DNA of 62,797 nt, the filler included, from Collodictyon triciliatum (lineage: Eukaryota), in assembly GCA_043381765.1 (NCBI GenBank). It is 7 parts of 7 records of this genome, joined end to end, with 100 filler letters (N's around TTAATTAATTAA, not from the genome) between each part and the next. Parts side by side here need not be neighbours in the genome. Positions count along the whole stretch, not along the records: positions 9,075 to 18,509 come from JBHJMP010003014.1; positions 18,610 to 28,041 come from JBHJMP010003015.1; 5 more parts are not named here. One strand, given 5' to 3'. Position 1 is the stretch's first letter; every line of letters begins with the position of its first letter. Made by a program: the position numbers and the translations under genes. The notes under the pieces were generated by a model. That model ran no database searches and had not been told where the DNA came from. It saw nothing but the letters and a program-made list of their open reading frames with translations. Positions 13,774 to 24,336 of the stretch are shown one piece after another.

Positions 13774-14311
13774 GGGGGCAGACGTTGTAGTCCAGCTGGC
13801 ATGGGACAGCGTCTGACCTGCGCGAACGTGGTTTGAACTCCACAGGGTGTACGGTGTGTGTGATTCCGGCCCTGTATCACGCATTCCCTGAGCCCTCCTC
13901 CTGTGCCCTCAGTTATACCCAATCCAGGGCGGCCGGGGTGTGCTTCGCCGGACAACGGAGCACACCCCACAACATTCGAAGAAAATGACGTCACCAGAAG
14001 AGTGCTTCCTTGAGGAAGGAATGAGATGCCATATCTACGCCGAGCTTCGACCCCACAAAAAGACACCCCGCATAATTGTCCCCCCTTTATTCCACGTCTG
14101 CCCTTCTTGGAAAATCCCCCATGCCCCCCAGACACCCCTTTGTAACACCCAGGCCACAGGCCAAACCGCAGGATGCAATCCTGAGTACCGACTACTTCTC
14201 CGCCACCCGGCCGACAAGTAGCGCCCATACAAACGATGGCCAGCGAACCAAAGCCAACATCCCCACGGTCCTGCACAAAAATCGAAAGAAGAATAAAAAA
14301 AAATAATAATT
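13774..14311 (+). mobile_element. Full-length tRNA-derived SINE-like retroposon (~540 nt)
   Basis: 12-bp direct repeat GGAGCAAACAAA at 13762-13773 and 14312-14323. Pol III A-box-like TAGTCCAGCTGG at 13788-13799 and B-box-like GGTTTGAACTCC at 13830-13841. GC-rich body and A-rich tail. The homologous site on the other contig (about 23170-23215) is empty. Confidence 0.75.
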
Positions 14312-17223
14312 GGAGCAAACAAAAAGATTTTCTTTAGAACACGAATTTCGATTATCTCTGATTGAAATTATAATTATGATTTAATATAACTTAACAAATT
14401 GTCTTTGAGTCAACTATATTATTGATTATATATAAAAAATGTTGACCCTTGAAGTATAACCGTCTATGTACAAAATAGGGGTTCAAGCGAAGAATCACAT
14501 CCTATTATTCGGTAAAGTTTTATTAACAACCGATTGCAGTATTAAAAAAAGAAGTTGTGTGAGTATTGTATATCATCTCTAATATATTTTATGATTCACA
14601 ACCAGTTTCAGCATTATTTGCATTTATTTTCCTGATTCATATCAATTATTATCTCATTCTCTATCATAAGTCCCAAATATAGTGATTTTTAATTGACTTA
14701 TCTTTTAAAGGACATATTTTTCACAATAACTATAGTAATATAATAAATTGAACTAAAATCAACTATATTAATGAAAATAAATTCACTCTAATAAAATAGT
14801 GATTTATTATTTTGACTATTGATAGTGATATATTTCATGTAAATCCTATATTTCATTGAGAATTTGCAGACTATGTACTATAAAGATTCTTTGGAACTCT
14901 GAATAGAATAAGTCTATTACACTAAGGTCAGTACTAAAATTTTGATACAAATTATAATTATTGCCATGAGAAAGGCAACAAAAGTCTGAATATTAATAAT
15001 TTACTAGCACAATCGTTTCAAAGGTAATTCATAATTGAAAGTTTAGTCATTGAGGTATTTTACATGGCATCAATACAGATATAATGTTCCTAGTTGAAAA
15101 TTGGTAAATAATACATGATTAATTAAATTGAAATCATATTCAAATCTAGTACTCAGCCATATTTTGACCAAATATAATAAACTGAACAATATCAGACTTA
15201 ATAATATGAAATAATCATAGAAGTCATAATGTATGTGGTGGATTAAATAAATAAATCATTAAGAAATCAACATAAATATAAGAGACATATTTAGATACAT
15301 AAAAAGGATTTTTTTAATATACGTGAATGATGATAATCGAAAAAAATAAAAGGGCGTGAACCGTCTACTATATCCTTGGTTAGTCGGGGCACCGCAAAAA
15401 CGAATATCGGTTTGCTTTTTTATTACCTCTGGTTGATTTGGAATTGAAATTGGAAGGGGGAGGGTGGGTTTGTTGGATTCGATAAATCGACATCTATATA
15501 ACCAAGAGAGAAAATTAAACTAATTTAGATGATTTAACAACGATTAATTATCATATTGGTTTCTTCATTAAGCGATAAACCTACAAATCATTTCACTTGG
15601 AGAAACGAACAAGGTCTAGTAAGGGGAGGGGTATGGGCGTGAAGCTGTGGACAAATGATTGCAGGTCGGTCAAGGGGAGGGATGGTGTTTCATTCAGCGG
15701 CATCTGATTTTTAGCGGGGATATGTTAAGTGTTTTTTGATTTGGATATTAGAATGGTTCACATGTTAGTTAGTCGGTTTTTTAAAATTCACATTTGATGA
15801 AAAAGTGTATCTATTCATTTAATTAAAATGGAATTTAAAATACGGATAACAAGATTCTGCAGATAACAAAAACTCTGGTAGATACGTAGTTTAATGATTT
15901 TTTTTGTAGATTTAGTATTCATGAGGCGATATGAAATACGATTATTGAAAAATAAACGACGTTACATGACGATTCTGTAGGCAGACCATTCATCTTCATT
16001 AAACTTCATTATAAAATATATAGCTGAGACAATTATATTGTAAATATTAAAATATTGATTCCATGTTTTCATACTATATTAAATCTATCAACTGAATAAT
16101 AAAATAACTAGGATGGCCAGACTCTGATGATAATTCTTAATTCTATAGATTTTTGTTGTATCATTATTAGTAATAGTTTTACTACTGAAATATTTTTAAT
16201 TAAAATATTCGACTTTATACATGCTGTATTTTATATGTTAAATAGGCAATTTTTTCAAATTAAATAAAGCTTCCTTACCGCAAAAAAGGATATATGACTT
16301 TTGATTACAAAAATTTACAACGAATATTATTTTATTTATTTTTTGGTCTGAATGACTGGACAAAGACATACTTACTTCCACAACACAACACAACACCCCC
16401 ACTGTGCGTTCTTAGACCTTTACTTCAGACCATCGGGAAAACTAGGAGCCGCCGATCCACCACCCTCCCCCTCCTCCAAGTAGTAGATCGAAACAGTTCC
16501 CTTTCCCACGGATTTTGTCTTTTGTCCCTTCCAATTGCAACTGTATCTGAGTTTTGCCCATGACTTTAGTTTGAACATTTTCTAATTCAAGATGAAAAAT
16601 TAATGCTTAATATGATATATTGAATACAATAATGCGAGTTTTCAGCTAGTCCATGAAGTTATCCGATTGAACCATTTATCAAAACGAGACCTAAATAAAG
16701 AATGAAGTTTGATTGATAATTTGCTAAAAATGAGGCTTTATACACATGTACTTAAAATGTGCGTAATTGTTTATCTATCGTTGAATATCAAACATGTGGC
16801 GAATTTCCTGTCGTATAAATTTAAAATTTTTCGTACTTGTCAGATATGAAGAGAGTTAGAGGGTAAAATTAGACAAGAATCATACTTTTTTACCATTAGA
16901 ATCTTGGCCAATCTGGCCCAAAGATTGCACTATTCTTGTAATGCCCTCAAAGTTTTAATTATGAGTTTCTTTAATTATTATAAAAATTAGATTAATGGTA
17001 CTTGAAACCTTGAGATAAATAAATTTCGATGTTATGAATTGGTTTGGCCAACTTACTGTATGACTTGTTTATTACCAAAAAATGAGAGCTCCAGAGTCCC
17101 TTGTACGATGAAATGGAGTGACAGATAGACCCTTTCTGAAAGTACATCCAGTGCTATTGTAAATGGTATTTTTGAGTTCATCCTGATAAATAATCAAAAT
17201 ATTTAAAGAGTTGAAATTTTTGT

Positions 17224-17407
17224 CCTGGTCTTCCTTATGCAAGCATAAGACTCAGACTACAGGCCAAACTGCAGGATGCAATTCCTGATTACCGACTACT
17301 TCTATGCCACCCGACCACCAAGTAGCGTCCATGCAAACGATGGCTAGCAAACCAAAGCCAAAGTGTCCACCGTCCTGCACAAAATGGAATGGAAGAATAA
17401 AAAATAG
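17224..17407 (+). mobile_element. 5'-truncated non-LTR retroposon copy sharing the SINE 3' tail
   Basis: Matches 14147-14300 and ends GAAGAATAAAAAA. Occupies the same position within the repeat as the 20078-20261 insertion. Its TSD is degenerate. Confidence 0.75.
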
Positions 17408-18509
17408 TCTAAAATGTTGTATTAATTACATTAATATTTTTTATTTCCATGAAACCCCCTCTAATATCGTAGAAATTAACTCATGATTGATTTTTCCAAA
17501 TTGGCTATTTTTAATTCATACATTATTCAATATCGTATAAGCCTTATGAAAAGTAAAGGTAAAAATTAACTAGGATAGCAAATTATCAGAATCTACCGTT
17601 TATTTGGAATCATAAAAATACATGTAGAGAAATTCCCAAATATGTGTCATACATGAATCTGGTTGATTAAAGTATGATTTTGAGATTCAAAGAGTCAAGT
17701 TGAACGGATGACGGTTTTCAGACTATTAGAATGGATAATCCATTATTTATGTTTCCAAAACTTTGAGTAATATTATAGTTGCTAATTAAAAATAAAGGTA
17801 TAATTCTTCGGAGTCTGCAAAAATAATTTACAATATTATTGCCGGTTCCGCTTATACCTATCCTGAGGAAGTTATGCTGGATTGCCGACTGTTATATGTT
17901 ATCTGTTGAATACTAGACATACATAAGTCAAGGGTATTGGATCTGTAGTCTTGTAGAATGAACGAATGTAAGGAATCTGATAGTAAAGGAGGACAGGATA
18001 GTCGCGTGGACTTTCGCCACAAGGGTATTTGGCCTCCGATCAAATTGAAGTCAGAGTCCTTGGTAGTCGCACCTCTTAAAGGTTGCAACTATTCTCGACC
18101 CTATCGGTTGCATATTGATGAGCCATAAATCCAGATTCCATACGCTACTGGCCTGAATCCCTTAACTGACACATGTCACTGCTTTCAACCAAGATGCAAC
18201 AACTACGGCGTCCTGAAAATTTCTTAAACCCCCCTTCATTCACTTGTATGGAATAAAAGAAAATATGTGTAAACGAGGGATTTATTTTTTTCCACCATTA
18301 TGCGAATCCCATGAAAAAGGCCGAGTTGAGAAGAGAAAAGCAAACAGATAAAAAACCAACCTGAAAGCAAATCCAATATCTAAGAGACCTTCTTAAAGTC
18401 TACGTCTGAAGGATCTCCATCGAAGTGATCTTACTGTGGGCAGAGCAACCAGAGATTCAATCGCCCCGAAGCTCCTAGAAAGCATCACAAACTGCATGAG
18501 ATTGGAATA

Positions 18510-18609
18510 NNNNNNNNNNNNNNNNNNNNNNNNNNNNNNNNNNNNNNNNNNNNTTAATTAATTAANNNNNNNNNNNNNNNNNNNNNNNNNNNNNNNNNNN
18601 NNNNNNNNN
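18510..18609. other. Artificial contig linker
   Basis: N44-TTAATTAATTAA-N44. Confidence 0.98.
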
Positions 18610-18972
18610 CAAAGATGAGTCCCTTCAGCAAAACTTTATGTGATTGGCTCTAGTCTTGCCCAGCATAATCCCTGGGTTATGTTGCGCACGAACCGACCAA
18701 AACTCAAAATTCAAAACACATGAAAACTTATTTACATATCCAAATAAGAATAAATTAAACTATTCCTCCTTCCTGCGGAGGTTTTAGGGCCCTCATCATT
18801 ACGAATATTCGAAAGCCAAGGAGAGCTGGCATCTTCCGGATTTACGAGCCTTTCTGTTGCAAAGCATTGTTGGACACGCATCCACACTATATGAAATACC
18901 CCTTGATTCTATTTTTTTTGAAGCTTTAGCTGATTTGTCATTTTGCTGTTACTAAGAATTTTAAGTGAATTA

Positions 18973-21900
18973 TATTCCAATCTCATGCAGTTTGTGATGC
19001 TTTCTAGGAGCTTCGGGGCGATTGAATCTCTGGTTGCTCTGCCCGCAGTAAGATCACTTCGATGGAGATCCTTCAAACGTAGACTTTAAGAAGGTCTCTT
19101 AGATATTGGATTTGCTTTTAGGTTGGTTTTTTTGATCTGTTTGCTTTTCTCTTCTCAACTCGGCCTTTATCATGGGATTCGCCTATCGGTGGAAAAAAAG
19201 AAATCCCTCGTTTATACATATTTTCCTTTATTCGATACAAGTGAATGAAGGGGTTTTTTAAAAATTTTTATAGGACGGCGTAGTTGTTGCATCTTGGTTG
19301 AAAGCAGTGGCACGTGTCGGTTAAGGGGTTCAGGCCAGCAGCGTATGGAATCTGGATTTGTGGCTTATCAATATGCAACCGATAGGGTCGAGAATAGTTG
19401 CAACCTTTAAGAGGTGCGATTGCAAAGGACTCTGACTTCAATTTGATCGGAGGCCAAATTCTCCCTGGGGCGAAAGTGCACGCGACTATCCTGCCCTCCT
19501 TTCCTATCAGATTTCTTATATTCTTTCATTCTATTCGACTACAAATCAAATACCCTTGACTTATGTATGTCTAGTATTCAACGGATAACATATAACAGCC
19601 GGTAAACCAGCTTAACTTCTTCAGCATAGGCATTAGCGGAACCGGCAAGAATATTGTAAATTATTTTTTGCAGACTCCGAAGAAATATACCTTTATTTTT
19701 TAATTAGAAACTACAGTATTACTCTAAATTTTGGAAATATAAGTAATGAATTATCCATTCTAATAGTCTGAAGACCGTCGTCCATTCAACTTGACTCCTT
19801 GAATCTCAAAATCATACTTTAATCAACCAGATTCATGACACAATTTTGGGAAAATCTCTACATGTATTTTTATTACTAAATAAACGCTAGATTCTGATAC
19901 TTTGCTATCCTTGTTAATTTTTACCTGTACTTTTCATAAGGCGTAGATGATATTTAATAATGTATGAATTAAAAATAGCCAAGTTGGATAAATCAATCAT
20001 GAGTTAATTTCATCGATATTAGAGGGGGTTTCATTGAAACAAAAAAATCTATACGTAATTAATACAAAATTTTCGACTATTTTTTTTATTCTTCCATTCC
20101 ATTTTGTGCAGGACGGTGGAGATGTTGGCTTTGGTTCGCTAGCAATCGTTTGAATGGACGCTACTTGGTGGCCGGGTGGCGGGAAGTAGTCGGTATTCAG
20201 GAATTGCATCCTGCATTTTGGCCTGTAGCCTGGGTCTTGTGCTTGGATAAGGAAGACCAGGACAAAATTTTCGACAATTTAAATGTTTTGATTTTTTTTC
20301 AGGATGAACTCAAAAAACCATTTATAATAGCACTTCACGAACTTTCAGAAAGGGCCCATCTGTAATTCCATTTCATCGTACAAGGAACTCTGGAGCTCAT
20401 TTTTTTTGGCGATAAACAAGTCATACAGTAGGTTGACCAAGCCGATTCATAGCATCAAAAGGAAATTTATTTATTTCAAGGTTTCAAGTTTCATGATTCT
20501 AATTTTTATTATAATTAAAGAAACACATAATTAAAACTTTGAGGGCATTACAAACAATTGTGCAATCTTTGGGCCAGATTGACCAAAATTCTGATACTAA
20601 AAAAGCATGATTCTTGTCTAATTTTACCTTCTAATTCTCATCATAATTGAAAAGCACGAAAAATTTAAAATTTATATGACAGAAAATTCGTCACATGCTT
20701 GATATTGAACGATAGAAAAACCAATTACTCAAATATTTTGAGTACATGTGTGTAAAGCCTAATTTTCAGCAGATCATCAATCAAACTTCATTCTCAATTT
20801 AGGTCTCTTCTTCGATAAATGGTTCAATCTGATAACTTCATGGACTAGCTGAAAAATCGCATTACTTTATTCAATCTACCATATTAAGCATTAATTATTC
20901 ATCTTCAATTAGAAAATGTTCAAACTAAAGTCATGGGCAAAACTCAGATACAGTTGAAAATGGAAGGGACGAAAGACAAAATCCGTGGGAAAGGGAACTG
21001 TTTCGATCTACTACTTGGAGGAGGGGGGAGGGGTGGTGGATCGGCGGCTCCTAGTTTTTCTGAAGGTCTGAAGTAAAGGTCTAAGAACGTACAGTGGGGG
21101 TGTTGGGTTGTGTTGTGTGTGGAAGTAAGTATATCTTTGTCCAGTCATTCATGACCAAAAAATAAATAAAATAATAATATTCGTTGTAAATTTTTGTAAT
21201 CAAAAGTCATGTATCCTTTTTTGTGGTAAGAAGGTTTTATTTTATTTGAAAACGTTGCCTATTTAACATATAAAATACAGCATGCATAAAGTCGAAAAGC
21301 TTATAATTAAAAATATTTCAGTTGTAAAACCATTACTAATGATGATAGAACAAAAATCTATAAAATTAAGAATTATCATCGGAGTCTGTCCATGCTAGTT
21401 ATTTCATTATTCAGTTGATAGATTTAATCCTAACATAAAATACATGGAATCAATATTGTATTACTTACAATAAATACAATAATTCAGCTATATATTCGCT
21501 AATTAATTTTAATCGAGATGAATTGTCTGTCTAAAGCATCTGCATCGCTATGTCGTTGGTATTTGTAATATTCTTATTACGTATCGCCTTGTGAATACTA
21601 AATCTACAAAAAAATCTTTAAATTACGTATCTACTAGAAAGTTTCTGTTATCTGCAGAATCTTTGTATTCGTATTTTATATTACGTCTTAATTAAATCAA
21701 TAGATACAATTTTGCATCAAATGTGAATTAAAAACCAACTAATCAACATATGAACCATTATTATATCCAAATCGAAAAACACATACCATATCCCCGCTAG
21801 AAACCAGTTTGCCGCTGAATGATACACCACCCCTCCCCTTGACCGTCCTGCAATCTTTTGTCCACAGCTTCACACCTACACCCCTCACCTTACTAGACCT

Positions 21901-23330
21901 TGTTCGTTTCTCCAAGTGAAATGATTTGTAGGTTGACCGCTCAATAAAGAAATCTATATAATAGCTAATCGTTGTTACGTCATCTAAATTAGTTCAATTT
22001 TATCCCTTGGTTATATAGATGTCGATTTATCAAATCCAAAAAAATCCACCCCTCCCCCTTCCAATTCCAAACCAATCAGAGGTAATGAAAAGGTATTTGT
22101 GATATGTATTTTTATGTTCCCCTGACTAACCAAGGATATGGTAGACGGTTCACGCCCCTTTTTTTGTTTTACGATTACCATTGTTCAAATATATTAAAAA
22201 ATCCTTTTTATGCATACAAATTATATTTTCGTATATTTGTGTTGGTTTATATAACGATTTTTTAATTTATTCAACACATACAGTATGGCTTCTATGGTTG
22301 TTTCATATCGATGATTCTATCATTCTAATGAGTCCTTGATATTGTTCGGTTTATTCCTATTTGGTCAAAATATGGCCGAATACAAGTATTAATGCATATG
22401 CAATTTTATTGATAATCTACATTTTTCATTTTTTTATCAAATATTCGAATACAAGGATTCAATTTTTCAGCATTGGTAGAAATTTAAACCAATTGAATAG
22501 TTAAACTTTCAGTTCTAAAATATCTCTTGAAATGATTGTGCTTGTAAATTGAATAGTATCAATACCTTTTATTTTTAATCTTGTATCATGAGTTTTAGCT
22601 TCTTATAAACACTGATTTTATCTTGGGTTCCAAAGAAAATTAAATATCACATGGTTTAGAACTCTTCAACGAAATATAATATTTACATAAAACATATCGC
22701 TATTAATAGTCAAAAGAATATAGTCAAATTTTTATCGATATAACTTATGAGTGCTTTGGATTTGATTTAATGAATAATGTGAATATGGAAACTGACATAC
22801 GATTGGATTTAAGATAGTTGGTTGATTAGAACCCACAATTTAGAGCCTCCTTATAGAGAATGATATAATCACGATAAAACAGATACATGCAAATCTATAG
22901 TGAAACTGATCGCTAATCACTGAATCTCTTAGAGATGATACCCAGCTCTCACAAAACATCATATTTTGGTGTTTAAATCAGTTGTTAATGTAATTTTACC
23001 GAATATTAGGATGTGACTCATCGCTTGGCCATTTCCATACACATATGGGCGTACTTCATGAGTAAGCATAGTTCTAAAACAATTAGTAATACAGCTAACT
23101 GAAGGATGATTTCATATACTCAATTTTAGACTTTTAAATCCAGAACAAATTTTATCGGAGGCTATGTTCAAGGAAGATATCATTTTTCTCATATAATAAT
23201 TATTCGAAATAGTCAAGCAAACAGGGTTTCTTTAAAATTTAATTCAATATACATTATCTAATAACATGGCTGTTTTAACCTCTGGTTGCTTGATTAATTA
23301 CTGTGTGATTATATGGTTAGAACTAAGATG
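18973..23330. repeat. Copy B of the >=5 kb dispersed repeat
   Basis: Reverse complement of about 13600-18509 minus the SINE. 18610-18972 is probably further element sequence absent from the truncated copy A. Confidence 0.9.
20078..20261 (-). mobile_element. 5'-truncated non-LTR retroposon (184 nt) with 14-bp TSD
   Basis: TSD ACAAAATTTTCGAC at 20064-20077 and 20262-20275. A-rich tail on the minus strand. The 3' ~160 nt are shared with the SINE. Confidence 0.85.
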
Positions 23331-23860
23331 ATTCAAATAAATGGTTTTTTCTTATAACCTTTTTCATTATGATGATGAATAACAATTTATACGAATGCAA
23401 CAACCAAGAACATTTTTTATATAATTTGGAACTGACATTTATAATTGTAGGAATGCCCTAAAGTTCTAGCCGTCACAATTATTATATGCAAATAGTTCCA
23501 TTCTCTTTTAATTATTTTAGTCATTAATCAACTCATATGAAGCACAAACCCATGGTACTCTTATCTATCAAAATTCATTTGTATTTACAATCATACATTT
23601 TAGCTTATCGGTGAATATCTCGAGATGCTGAATAATAGATTATTTATCTGGTTTTTTTGAATTTGAAATATGAGAGAGGATTAAAATATTGAATCATGAT
23701 ATATGAGTGTACGAAAAAAACAAGTGGTTTACGGATATGAGATTGACTTATTACAAGGAAAGTTTAAAATAAAAATAAGAAAGTTAATGTAAAAAAACCT
23801 ACAAAAATATGAAAATAAATTTGTACACTAAAAAATTCATTCATTTTTCATAAGCAATAT

Positions 23861-23914
23861 TTTTTTTATTCTTCCTTTCAATTTTGTGCAGGATGGTGAA
23901 GATGTTGGCTTTGG
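23861..23914 (-). mobile_element. Severely 5'-truncated retroposon (54 nt) with 18-bp TSD
   Basis: TSD ATTTTTCATAAGCAATAT at 23843-23860 and 23915-23932. The insert is the last ~50 nt of the same tail plus an A-tract. Confidence 0.85.
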
Positions 23915-24336
23915 ATTTTTCATAAGCAATATATTTTATTGATTTATTTTTATAAATAATACATCTCTTTCATAATATCAACATTATATCACATGAAAAA
24001 TCTATAATATTTGATAAATAGACACAAAATTAAGCTTCCATTAGAGAATTCCTTTATTTAATACTGAATATTCTTGAAATCATGTTTGCTGAATATTCCT
24101 ATGTTTGGTGAATAAAATATCAGTAGAACTGATGATATTCAACTTACAGATAAATTTATGTAATAGAACAGAAATGTACTCGCCAGACGAAAAAAGAACT
24201 GATTTCCGACGCGATAATATCTTCGAATCGAGAATAATATCACTCAAAATTCCTGCAACGTGCGTTTCATAATTCAATCTGTGATAAATAAATTTGATTA
24301 ATTAGTCTTAATTTTAAATATATACCCAGAAATTCG

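Larger units (their letters stand above)
13600..18509. repeat. Copy A of a >=5 kb dispersed repeat (reverse complement of about 18973-23330); runs off the contig end
   Basis: Long collinear matches, e.g. 16431-16570 with 20930-21070, 17900-18509 with 18973-19590, and 14475-14530 with 22980-23030. Similarity is visibly lower left of about 15340, and the left boundary is approximate. Confidence 0.9.

Noticed and set aside
18649-18684. Small hairpin followed by CTAG on the minus strand, as a possible Helitron 3' end
   Set aside because: The stem is AT-rich with G-T pairs, CTAG is followed by A rather than T, and there is no second copy in the window to confirm a terminus.
20112-20365. ORF ...PAFWPVAWVLCLDKEDQDKIFDNL... 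loosely reminiscent of Transib/RAG1 core motifs
   Set aside because: It is antisense to a TSD-bounded retroposon insert and crosses its boundary at 20261, so the frame is a chance fusion.
13600-23330. Apparent ~10 kb palindrome or giant inverted repeat centred near 18560
   Set aside because: The centre is an artificial linker between length-sorted contigs, and the arms are diverged and offset by about 360 nt. It is a dispersed repeat, not evidence of a physical hairpin.
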